Below, in pieces: positions 8,444 through 16,747 of a stretch of DNA of 50,381 nt. The stretch is taken from the NCBI GenBank assembly GCA_964651965.1, contig CAZYZS010000009.1, positions 1 through 50,381 on the forward strand. The letters run 5' to 3'. Source of the stretch: Candidatus Woesearchaeota archaeon. Its GTDB lineage: Archaea > Nanobdellota > Nanobdellia > Pacearchaeales > GW2011-AR1. Both the position numbers and the translations under genes were made by a program. The notes under the pieces were generated by a model. The model made no database searches. It had not been told where the DNA came from and saw only the letters and a list, made by a program, of their open reading frames with translations. Numbering within the stretch: the stretch's first letter is position 1; every line of letters starts with the position of its first letter.

Positions 8444-9022
8444 TTAGTAATCGCAAAGGGTAATTAAGAAGCCATGAGAACTGCTTGCATCGCGCCAGGT
8501 TAGTGCGTCGGGGCTGTTTTCGCCATTAGTAAACACTGAATTATCGTCCCAAATATAAAGGACATCATCCCAATTTACAATAAGAACAACCGTACCATCC
8601 CCGTTAATGCCAATCTGATTTCCATAACCATCATGCCAATTATGAGAAGCTATTTGCCTTAACATTACAGGCGAAGAGGTATAAAAATTTGCCCCTGCTG
8701 GTTTTGCTGCGGTATATCTCCAAATCCTATAAGTGCAGCCGTTTCCATCTTCACAAATATTTCTGTCATCAATTAGCATACTAATATTTCCATAACCTGT
8801 CCATCCATAATCTCCATTATAGGTATCAACTGTGTTGCAGAACCCTGTTGTTGAGGGAACAATCTCATCTGGGGTATGCCCTTGAATCGCAGGATTTCCA
8901 GGAGAAGCCTTCCAGTTAGGGTTATAAGCAATTACATAGACTGCCCCTAATAGAAAGATTGCAATGCACCCGAATAAAAACATGTCTCTTTTTTCTATTT
9001 TTAAGTTGATATTTATCGACAT
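8444..9022 (-). CDS. N-terminally anchored extracellular protein, unknown function
   Basis: AAGAGGAAAATG start context. N-terminal TM FLFGCIAIFLLGAVYVIAY followed by ...AIQGHTPDEIV. The Gly/Trp/Asp/Asn-rich C-terminal domain contains Cys residues. It shares the N-terminal module with 13825..14367. Confidence 0.5.
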   Translation of the reverse strand: MSININLKIEKRDMFLFGCIAIFLLGAVYVIAYNPNWKASPGNPAIQGHTPDEIVPSTTGFCNTVDTYNGDYGWTGYGNISMLIDDRNICEDGNGCTYRIWRYTAAKPAGANFYTSSPVMLRQIASHNWHDGYGNQIGINGDGTVVLIVNWDDVLYIWDDNSVFTNGENSPDALTWRDASSSHGFLITLCDY

Positions 9023-9079
9023 TTTCCTCTTTTTAATATGCCAAATAAGGATTAACTATTTAAATAACTTTTGCCTGTC

Positions 9080-9511
9080 ATGGAAATGGAAAAGTACAAG
9101 TTTTTGGAGCACACAGCAGATGCCAAGTTCCAGGCATTCGGAAAAACAATAGAAGAAGCATTTTCCAATGCGGCCTACGCTTTAGTTGAAACGATGACTA
9201 AAGGCGTGAAAATTGAGGAGAAGATAAAATGGAAGATTGATGCTTCTGGAAAAGACTATAGTTCTTTGTTGTATAATTTTTTAGAAGAATTTTTATTTTT
9301 GCTGGATGCTGAAGATTTCTTATTGGCGAGGATAGAAAAAATAAGCATCAGTGAAGAAGAGCTAGAGGCCGAGATAATAGGAGACAAGGCAAGCAGTTAC
9401 AAAGTATCAAATGATGTTAAAGCAATAACTTACAACCAGATGTTTGTAAAGCAAGAAACAGAAGGTGAAAACAAAGGATTGTGGGTTTGTCAAGTGGTAG
9501 TGGATGTTTAA
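9080..9511 (+). CDS. Archease (RtcB activator/chaperone)
   Basis: MEMEKYKFLEHTADAKFQAFGKTIEEAF... matches the archease N-terminal F-x-HTAD motif. The ORF track start at 9071 is TTG; ATG 9080 or 9086 lies about 20-26 nt downstream of a TATTTAAATA box at 9056-9067. Confidence 0.85.
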   Translation: MEMEKYKFLEHTADAKFQAFGKTIEEAFSNAAYALVETMTKGVKIEEKIKWKIDASGKDYSSLLYNFLEEFLFLLDAEDFLLARIEKISISEEELEAEIIGDKASSYKVSNDVKAITYNQMFVKQETEGENKGLWVCQVVVDV

Positions 9512-9532
9512 AAATTAAATAAAAGAGGAAAA

Positions 9533-10273
9533 ATGAAACAGATACTTTATTTAGGAGACACGTCATTAAAAGGTGCTGCAAGTTATCTCGCTGGAATAAT
9601 GGTACATTATGGGTATAATTTTGATTATGTTCCAAGCAATGAAAAAATCAAGAAGCAAGATATAGGAAAAAGAAAATTGTTCATTTTAAGCGATTATTCA
9701 TATAATTTCATGAGTAAAGAGGCAGAAGAAAAGATAATCAACCAGGTTTTGGATGGTGCAGGATTCTTAATGATTGGAGGATGGGAATCTTTTCACGGAA
9801 GTACTGGCTATTGGGATAAAAGTAAAATTGCTGGGCTTCTTCCTGTAGAGATTTCAGAAAAAGATGACCGAATTAGTTGTTTTCAACCTGCTATAATAAT
9901 CAAGAAAAAAGAGCATGAAATTCTTGAAAATCTTCCTTTGGAAAAGTCTCCTTCTATTGGTGGCTTTAACAGCTTAACTCCAAAAAATAATAGTTCTGTT
10001 TTATTGGATGTTCAAACTTTTAATGTAACAAATGGAAAAAGTGGTTTAGAGTTCAAAAAAGGCAAAAGGTATCCTCTGCTGATTGTGAATGAAGCAAAGA
10101 ATTTTAGAACTTCGTGTCTTGCAACAGACGTTGCTCCTCATTGGGTTGGAGGGTTTGTGGATTGGGGCAACAAAAGAGTTACAGCAAAAGCCAAAGGAGC
10201 AGAACAAATTGAAGTGGGAAATTACTATGCAGAATTTTTCTCAAATTTAATTTCTTGGACTGGAAAGTTATAA
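9533..10273 (+). CDS. Class I glutamine-amidotransferase-like (DUF1355-type) protein
   Basis: Remote resemblance only: the LMIGGWESFHG...LLPVE pattern is typical of the putative GATase1-like cytoplasmic proteins. AAGAGGAAAAATG start context. Confidence 0.35.
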   Translation: MKQILYLGDTSLKGAASYLAGIMVHYGYNFDYVPSNEKIKKQDIGKRKLFILSDYSYNFMSKEAEEKIINQVLDGAGFLMIGGWESFHGSTGYWDKSKIAGLLPVEISEKDDRISCFQPAIIIKKKEHEILENLPLEKSPSIGGFNSLTPKNNSSVLLDVQTFNVTNGKSGLEFKKGKRYPLLIVNEAKNFRTSCLATDVAPHWVGGFVDWGNKRVTAKAKGAEQIEVGNYYAEFFSNLISWTGKL

Positions 10274-10290
10274 GAACACAAATAAGAGAC

Positions 10291-10875
10291 TTATCTCATT
10301 TCTTTAACATATCCAAACTTTTTGTTTTTGGAAGTAAGTTTGATAAAATTATCGAGCCTTTTTTTAAATTCCTTTTCTCCTCTTTTTCTGGAATGTTCTA
10401 TGTATGCAATTCTTATTCGCTTGTAGCTTTCCGGAAGATTCTGGAAGTTTTCCCAAGCTTGCTTGTCTGCTTTTATATTTTCAAGTATGTCTTCTGGAAT
10501 CAGGAATTTTTCTTCTTCTGGATTAAATGCGTGAGATACTGCATCAAGCCCTGCTTTTGTCATTTTCTTTTCTGAGATTAATTTTCTTAGGCGCTGCCTG
10601 TTCATTTCTGATAGTATGCTTCTTTTATTTCTCGGAGAAAATCTCTGGGCAAACCTTTCTTCATCAATTTTCTTTATCGTGCTGTCTATCCAGCCATAGC
10701 ACAAAGCTTCTTCAACTGCATCGTTATAAGGAATTCTTGGCTTTCCTGAAGCTTTTTTGTAATAGATCACCCAAATCTCTTTTTCCTTATCATAATTTTC
10801 AGCTAGCCAGGTTCTCCAGTCTTTTCTATTAGTTACATAAAGGGTTTTTGTTATTTCCATGCCATTTGAAAACAT
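10291..10875 (-). CDS. YdeI/OmpD-associated (OmdA) family protein
   Basis: WR.WL..N......IW..YYKK.SGKP...Y.DAVEEALCYGWIDS....DEE...QRF.PR pattern, characteristic of the YdeI family. Confidence 0.7.
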   Translation of the reverse strand: MFSNGMEITKTLYVTNRKDWRTWLAENYDKEKEIWVIYYKKASGKPRIPYNDAVEEALCYGWIDSTIKKIDEERFAQRFSPRNKRSILSEMNRQRLRKLISEKKMTKAGLDAVSHAFNPEEEKFLIPEDILENIKADKQAWENFQNLPESYKRIRIAYIEHSRKRGEKEFKKRLDNFIKLTSKNKKFGYVKEMR

Positions 10876-10911
10876 ATAAAACTATAAAAACCTATTTCTG
10901 CTTGTGTTAAA

Positions 10912-13812
10912 ATGGTTGAAGTTGAAAAAATTAGTGATTATGAATGGGAAATTCCTAAAGAAGGGGCTATGAAGGTTCCTGGGAAGATTTTTGCTAGCGA
11001 AAAGCTTCTTGAAAAGATGAAAGAGGATATAACTCTAACTCAAGTTAAAAATGTTGCAATGCTTCCTGGCATAATCCGGGCAAGTATGGCTATGATGGAT
11101 GCTCACCAGGGCTACGGATTTTCAATAGGGGGAGTTGCTGCTTTTGATTTAGATGAGGGAATTATAAGCCCGGGCGGCGTAGGCTACGATATAAACTGCC
11201 TGGATGAGGATTCTAAAATACTAAGTGAGCTGGGCTATTGGAAAAAAATAAAAGATTTTGAAGAGAATTATAAAAATGAATCTTTAGTTATTTTGGATAA
11301 AGAGAATAAAAAAGAAGATAATGCTAAGATAAATTTATTCTTGAAAAAGAACTCTGAAAAAATTATTAAGATAAAAACAAAGTCAGGAGAAGAAATTTTA
11401 GCCACAGAAGAGCATCCATTTTATACAAAGAGTGATATGAAAGAAGTTAAAGAAATTAAAGAAGGAGAAGAAATCTTAGTTTATCCTTTTGAAGGGATTA
11501 ATTATGAAATGCCTGAAAAAATTCTACTAGTTGATGAAAAAGACATTGATGCATTAAATAGAAGTTTTACCTCAAAACTGCAGATAAAAAATAGATTAAA
11601 ATCTTTAGGGCTACTCCCTCTTCATTCTGATAATCCAAAAATACCCTATCTAATCAGGCTAATGGGCTTTATTTTTGGCGATGGAAGCATCTCTATAGCA
11701 AAGCATACCCAATTGGGATTTTATGGAAAAAAAGAAGATTTAGAAAAGATAAAAAAAGATTTAGAAAAGATAGGGTTTGACTCACATATTTTTTCAAGAG
11801 AAAGAAAACATAAAATGAAAACTCAATACGACGAGTATGAGTTTTTAAGGATTGAAGAGTCTTTACATTGTCAGTCGAGCTCTCTTGCGGTTTTATTTAC
11901 TCTTTTAGGAACTCCGTACGGGAATAAAGCAAAACAGGATTATAAAATTCCAGAATGGCTTATGAACTCTGTAAAATGGTATAAAAGGCTATTTCTAGCA
12001 AGCTTATTTGGAGCAGAGATGAGCTCTCCTAAGACACTTACGGGGCGCCCTTTTAATTTATATGGCCCTGTTTTTTCATTAAACAAAACAAATCCCCTGC
12101 ATGGGCTGCATTTTGTTAATCAGATTTCAGCTATTCTTGAAGAATTTGATATAAAAAGTGTTCTTATTAAGTCCCGTACTGATGAATTGAATGGCTCAAA
12201 GTCTACAAGAATAAGATTAATGATTTATTCGGGTTCTGATAATCTAATTAAGTTTTTTTCTAAAATCAACTATGATTACAACATCAAGAAAAGAAAATTG
12301 GCGAATGCTGCAATTTTGTGGCTAAAACAAAAAGAAAAAATCCTAAACTTTAGGGAAGGTACAATGATAAAGGCAAGAGAGCTGAAAAAACAAGGTTTTA
12401 CTAAAAGCCAGATTATTAATTCGCTTTCTAGCAGATATACGAACAAATATTTTATTGATAAGGCAATTTATTACCAAGATTATGGTAGAACAGGAAGCAG
12501 AATTGCTTATTGTTTTATTTCCTTCAATGAATTTGTCGAGAAAAATTGCCACGGGGAGACAGGGTTTATTTGGGATGAAATTGAAAGCAAAGAAGAAATA
12601 GAACATAATGATTTAGTTTATGATATAACAATAAATAATGAAAGTCATAATTTTATAGCTAATGGATTTGTTGTTTCAAATTGTTCGGTCCGCCTTTTAC
12701 GCACAAACCTCAAGCTCGAAGATATTAAAGACAAGAAAAAACAGATTGTTGATGCGCTTTATAGGGATGTTCCTTCAGGAGTTGGAGAAAAAGGAAGAAT
12801 AAAACTTAGCAAAGAAGAGCTGGATGGAGTTTTAAGAGAAGGAGCACAATGGGCTGTTAAAAAAGGATATGGAGTTGAAGCGGACTGGAAGCATACAGAA
12901 GAAGAAGGATGCATGAAAGAGGCAAATCCTGCATTTGTTTCAGACAGGGCAAAGGCAAGAGGAATTCCCCAGCTCGGAAGTCTTGGAGCCGGAAATCATT
13001 TTTTAGAAGTACAGATAGTTGATGAGGTGTTTGATGAAAAAATTGCTAAGGTTCTTGGGCTGGAAAAAGGCATGATAACTATGATGATTCATTGCGGAAG
13101 CAGGGGATTGGGACATCAGGTAGCTTCTGATTATATAAAAGAAATGGAAGATAAGTATGGCTGGCCAGAACAAGATAGAGAACTTGTAAATGCACCTATA
13201 AAAAGTGAGCTTGGAAAAAAATATTTTGCTGCAATGGCCGCAGCAGCCAATTTTTCATTTGCAAACAAACAATTAATAACGCATTGGGTAAGGGATACTA
13301 TGAAACGAATTTTCCCAAAATTCGAAGCAGAAGTTGTTTATGATATCTGCCATAATATAGCTAAATTTGAAAAGCATACAATTGATGGAAAGGAAAAAGA
13401 AGTTCTTGTAATGAGAAAAGGCGCAACGCGCAGCTTTGGGCCAGGAAGAAAAGAGATTCCACAAGATTACAGAAAAGTTGGCTTGCCAATTATTATTCCT
13501 GGAAGCATGGGTACTGCTTCTTATGTTCTAGTGGGCACAAAAAAAGCAGAAGAAATTTCATGGGGCAGCACGTGCCATGGGGCAGGAAGAGTTAGTTCAA
13601 GAAGCGCTGCATTAAGAAATTTAAGGGGTGAAGACGTTAAAAAGCAGCTTAATGAAAAAGGGATTGAAGTGAGGGCAGGAAGCTGGAAAGGCTTGGCAGA
13701 GGAAGCACCCCAAGTCTACAAAGATATAGATGAAGTTGTTAGAGTGAGCCATGAAGCAGGGCTTGGAAATCTAGTTGTTAGAGTTAAACCAGTTGTGGTT
13801 ATGAAAGGTTAA
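10912..13812 (+). CDS. rtcB: RNA-splicing ligase RtcB, interrupted by an intein
   Basis: Extein motifs: DAHQGYGFSIGGVAAF, GGVGYDIN//CSVRLLRTN, GAGNHFLE, HCGSRGLGHQV, PGSMGTASY, STCHGAGR. The extein is 471 aa after removing the 495-aa insert. Confidence 0.95.
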   Translation: MVEVEKISDYEWEIPKEGAMKVPGKIFASEKLLEKMKEDITLTQVKNVAMLPGIIRASMAMMDAHQGYGFSIGGVAAFDLDEGIISPGGVGYDINCLDEDSKILSELGYWKKIKDFEENYKNESLVILDKENKKEDNAKINLFLKKNSEKIIKIKTKSGEEILATEEHPFYTKSDMKEVKEIKEGEEILVYPFEGINYEMPEKILLVDEKDIDALNRSFTSKLQIKNRLKSLGLLPLHSDNPKIPYLIRLMGFIFGDGSISIAKHTQLGFYGKKEDLEKIKKDLEKIGFDSHIFSRERKHKMKTQYDEYEFLRIEESLHCQSSSLAVLFTLLGTPYGNKAKQDYKIPEWLMNSVKWYKRLFLASLFGAEMSSPKTLTGRPFNLYGPVFSLNKTNPLHGLHFVNQISAILEEFDIKSVLIKSRTDELNGSKSTRIRLMIYSGSDNLIKFFSKINYDYNIKKRKLANAAILWLKQKEKILNFREGTMIKARELKKQGFTKSQIINSLSSRYTNKYFIDKAIYYQDYGRTGSRIAYCFISFNEFVEKNCHGETGFIWDEIESKEEIEHNDLVYDITINNESHNFIANGFVVSNCSVRLLRTNLKLEDIKDKKKQIVDALYRDVPSGVGEKGRIKLSKEELDGVLREGAQWAVKKGYGVEADWKHTEEEGCMKEANPAFVSDRAKARGIPQLGSLGAGNHFLEVQIVDEVFDEKIAKVLGLEKGMITMMIHCGSRGLGHQVASDYIKEMEDKYGWPEQDRELVNAPIKSELGKKYFAAMAAAANFSFANKQLITHWVRDTMKRIFPKFEAEVVYDICHNIAKFEKHTIDGKEKEVLVMRKGATRSFGPGRKEIPQDYRKVGLPIIIPGSMGTASYVLVGTKKAEEISWGSTCHGAGRVSSRSAALRNLRGEDVKKQLNEKGIEVRAGSWKGLAEEAPQVYKDIDEVVRVSHEAGLGNLVVRVKPVVVMKG
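11197..12681 (+). mobile_element. Intein with LAGLIDADG homing-endonuclease domain inside rtcB
   Basis: Begins with Cys (CLDEDSKIL, block A) and has a TxxH block B (ATEEHPF). Two LAGLIDADG motifs (LIRLMGFIFGDGSI, LFLASLFGAEMS). Ends ...HNFIANGFVVSN followed by +1 Cys. In frame, 1485 nt. Confidence 0.9.
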
Positions 13813-13824
13813 AAACTGATTTAT

Positions 13825-14367
13825 TTAGCAGCCAAGATATCCTTCTAAATATATTTTAACATCTTGAGCTATATACGGCTTAAATTGTGTAATGCCATTG
13901 TCATCTGTTTCTACCAATACATAAACTATATTGCCTGCACTCGACTGGGCTGCGGATACTCCTGCTCCAAAAGAAGTTGCAGCACCGGCAGTGTACCCCA
14001 TTTCGCTTGTTTCTCCTTTTCTCCTAAACGATATTGATTCTAGAGTTCCGCCTGCGCCAGGGTCTGCTTTTAAAAGAATAATTGTGCTTCTCTTTCCAAC
14101 TTTGCTGCTTAAGTCAAGGTCATTCCAGGCTGCTGCAGAATTGGCATTATAAACCAACTCCCCAGAATGCTTCCAGCCACAATCGTTTAATAATTTTGTT
14201 TGCCCGCCTACACTAATTTCTATTTCTTCTGCAGAATGACCCATTACGCTTGGTGAAACGCCAGATTTATATGCCCAAACACCCACACCCAAGGCTAAAA
14301 CAATGAGAACAGCAATCAAGCTATAAAGCCATTTATTTGTAAGATTTATTTCAAGCTTAATTGCCAT
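13825..14367 (-). CDS. N-terminally anchored extracellular protein, unknown function
   Basis: The preferred start is ATG 14367 (AAAGAGGAAAAATG context); the track start at 14466 adds 33 aa with no support. MAIKLEINLTNKWLYSLIAVLIVLALGVGVWAY...VMGHSAEEIEI repeats the module seen in 8444..9022. The C-terminus is Gly/Ala/Ser-rich. Confidence 0.5.
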   Translation of the reverse strand: MAIKLEINLTNKWLYSLIAVLIVLALGVGVWAYKSGVSPSVMGHSAEEIEISVGGQTKLLNDCGWKHSGELVYNANSAAAWNDLDLSSKVGKRSTIILLKADPGAGGTLESISFRRKGETSEMGYTAGAATSFGAGVSAAQSSAGNIVYVLVETDDNGITQFKPYIAQDVKIYLEGYLGC

Positions 14368-14484
14368 TTTTCCTCTTTTTACCTGCACTTTAAGAAAATA
14401 TGATTTAAATTCTTTTCTGTTTTTGAGACTACAGTACAGGGATTTCATGGCAATGTTTATAAACATATTTTAGTTATATAAAAT

Positions 14485-16632
14485 ATGAAAGAAAGTAAAA
14501 GAGGTTTGGTAGTTTTTACTATAATACTTAGCCTATTTTTAGTCTGCTGTGCAAATGTTTCTGCTTCAAAGCAGATGCATCTTTATAGATTTTGGGATAC
14601 TACTCCGGGTGCTAACCAGCATTTTTATACCTCAGACAAATCAGAAAAAGCAGTAGCAAACCAAAATCCTTTATATATTTACGAAGGAATACAAGGATAT
14701 GTATACTCTACTAACGAAAATGGGAGAATTCCTCTTTACAGACTTCATAACAACACCAATGGAAACCATATCTATACTACAGATGAAACAGAAAAAAATA
14801 ATCTTGTAAGCACTGGATGGACTTATGAAAAAACAGAAGGATATGTATACTCTCCAACAGAACCGCAGCCTCCTGGAACAGTTCCTCTTTATCATTTTTA
14901 TCACACAGCACAGTCAGATAATTTCTATACCACCTCCGAAGCGGAAAAGAAGAGTATCGAAGAAAGACCTTACCCTCCCTGGAACCAGTGCCAATCTAAA
15001 GGAATAGAATGCTATTTAGGAGGGTATATTCCTTATAGCGACACTTCTCAAATAATATTGAGTCTTTATTCCCCAACTAATTCCCACGTTGGGCTTTGGG
15101 ACTCTAAAGTTCTTCAGACTACAATACCCGCATCATGCGAGGGCGCTTCTGCTGATTGTCCTACAAAGACTACGCCTGCTGAGTGTCAAGCAGTAGCAAC
15201 ATGCACTACCCCCCCTTGTTGCACGTGGTACGATGCTCGCGATATTTACAAGCATCCTGCATACGATATTTACTACGATGAGATTTTTGGATATCCTTAT
15301 GGGGGGGCAGGAGATCCGCATGCATGTACCGGGAGTAATAAAGTTCTTGAATTATATCAGGATATCAACTCTCATGCGCAGAAAAATGATGGCACACTTC
15401 TTTACCTAAAATATGCATGTTATGGTGATTTAGACTGTCAAATAACTAAAGACTCAGAATCTCTCACCTGCCCTGATGGCTACAAGACAATTGCAAGGCT
15501 GTATCAAGAAGAAAATTCGCATGTTTCTGAAGCATCAAATACTGCTTATCCCATTAAAATCTGCTGCAGAACCGAATATATTCCTACAACAAGTGAAATC
15601 TACTGGGCAGATATGAGTGGAAATTTAATAACCCAAGCGGATATTGGGGATACTGTATTGATGATTTATGAAAATCATGCAGGGCAAAGCTTTAGCTTTA
15701 ACATTAGAGAAGAGGACAATGAAATTTTAGATCCTTGGGATGACGATATAGACGCTGTTTCAACTTCCTTTGACTATGGCCCGCACTTAGCTGCTAAATG
15801 GACAATAACACAAGATATGTATGAAAAAAAAGGCGGGAATGAAGATCCTAAAGAGGAGTTTTATTTTGTAGTAAAAAGCGGAGGGGCAGAAATAGGCAAG
15901 TCGGGGGAATTGAATGTATCAAAAAAAAGCACAGTAGATACAGACTCTCCTCCAAATGCGATAATTACCGCTCCAGCATTCGCCTTGCCTCAAGATCAGC
16001 GAAGATTTAGGGTCAATCAAAATATTGATTTTAAGGAAGATAGCTGGGATGCGGACGACTCTTTAAAACTCACCTGGGAGTTTGGAGACGGCTCAACCAT
16101 GAGCTGCAACTGGCCTGAGCAAGACTGCGATGTGTCTCGTCCATACACCCAGTGGGGAACAAAAGAGGTCTATCTAAAAGTAGAGGAGATAGGAAGAAGC
16201 AAAAAAGCTAGCAATTACACTGAAGTTTATATTTACGATGCAGGAACCAATGTTTTTGCAGTAATGCAAGAGCCAGAAAATCTGAAAGTTTTTCCTTATA
16301 CTGCCCTTCCAATAAGATTCAATGCAAGTCAAAGCTATGTTTCCAAGTGCCAGATAGGCTCCTGCCTTGCAGACAAACCTGCGTATGTTCCGTGCTATCC
16401 CGTTTCTGATTTATTTTGTTATAACCTCCCTAAGTTCGACCCAACTGGGAATAGCCTAATAGGCGCTAATCCTGGGCAGTATAACCTATGGTTCGACTGG
16501 AATTTTAGCAGCGGGGATGTTAAATACGGAAACTGGTCTAGCAATTATCCGGATGTTGTTGATTTTACAAAATACTTTTTTAATCCCCAGAAGTATAGAG
16601 CATATTTAAAAGTAGGATACGAGGAGATTTAA
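14485..16632 (+). CDS. Large secreted Cys-rich protein: three DUF5648-like repeats, NSH-motif repeats and a PKD-like domain
   Basis: Signal peptide VVFTIILSLFLVCCANVSA. Three LYR..(N)..HFYT(T/S)..(S/A)EK repeats. Three LY...NSH motifs. TWEFGDGS is a PKD-like signature. Confidence 0.7.
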   Translation: MKESKRGLVVFTIILSLFLVCCANVSASKQMHLYRFWDTTPGANQHFYTSDKSEKAVANQNPLYIYEGIQGYVYSTNENGRIPLYRLHNNTNGNHIYTTDETEKNNLVSTGWTYEKTEGYVYSPTEPQPPGTVPLYHFYHTAQSDNFYTTSEAEKKSIEERPYPPWNQCQSKGIECYLGGYIPYSDTSQIILSLYSPTNSHVGLWDSKVLQTTIPASCEGASADCPTKTTPAECQAVATCTTPPCCTWYDARDIYKHPAYDIYYDEIFGYPYGGAGDPHACTGSNKVLELYQDINSHAQKNDGTLLYLKYACYGDLDCQITKDSESLTCPDGYKTIARLYQEENSHVSEASNTAYPIKICCRTEYIPTTSEIYWADMSGNLITQADIGDTVLMIYENHAGQSFSFNIREEDNEILDPWDDDIDAVSTSFDYGPHLAAKWTITQDMYEKKGGNEDPKEEFYFVVKSGGAEIGKSGELNVSKKSTVDTDSPPNAIITAPAFALPQDQRRFRVNQNIDFKEDSWDADDSLKLTWEFGDGSTMSCNWPEQDCDVSRPYTQWGTKEVYLKVEEIGRSKKASNYTEVYIYDAGTNVFAVMQEPENLKVFPYTALPIRFNASQSYVSKCQIGSCLADKPAYVPCYPVSDLFCYNLPKFDPTGNSLIGANPGQYNLWFDWNFSSGDVKYGNWSSNYPDVVDFTKYFFNPQKYRAYLKVGYEEI

Positions 16633-16747
16633 GATGAAAAAATTAAAGATTTTATGCCTCTTAAACTCCAAAGGAGATTTAAGATGAAAAAATTAAAGAT
16701 TTTATGCCTCTTAAACTCCAAAGGAGATTTAAGATGAAAAAATTAAA
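16622..16747 (+). repeat. Perfect 50-bp direct tandem repeat, 2.5 copies, duplicating the RBS, ATG and first codons
   Basis: The unit aggagatttaagatgaaaaaattaaagattttatgcctcttaaactccaa occurs at 16622-16671 and 16672-16721. A partial third copy at 16722-16747 runs into the real gene start at 16734. No mismatches seen. Confidence 0.9.

Noticed and set aside
10255-10832. Two plus-strand ORFs (10255..10575 and 10527..10832) antisense to the YdeI-family gene
   Set aside because: The minus-strand product has clear family motifs, whereas the plus-strand translations are Phe/Leu/Ser-rich artefacts.
16704-16733. Upstream extension MPLKLQRRFK of the 16734 gene given in the ORF track
   Set aside because: That ATG lies inside repeat copy 2 with no RBS. 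ATG 16734 follows AGGAGATTTAAG and gives a canonical signal peptide directly.
16622-16747. Possible CRISPR-like or mobile-element repeat
   Set aside because: The copies are directly abutting with no spacers. There are only 2.5 copies, they carry an RBS and start codon, and no cas or transposase genes lie nearby. It is a simple tandem duplication.
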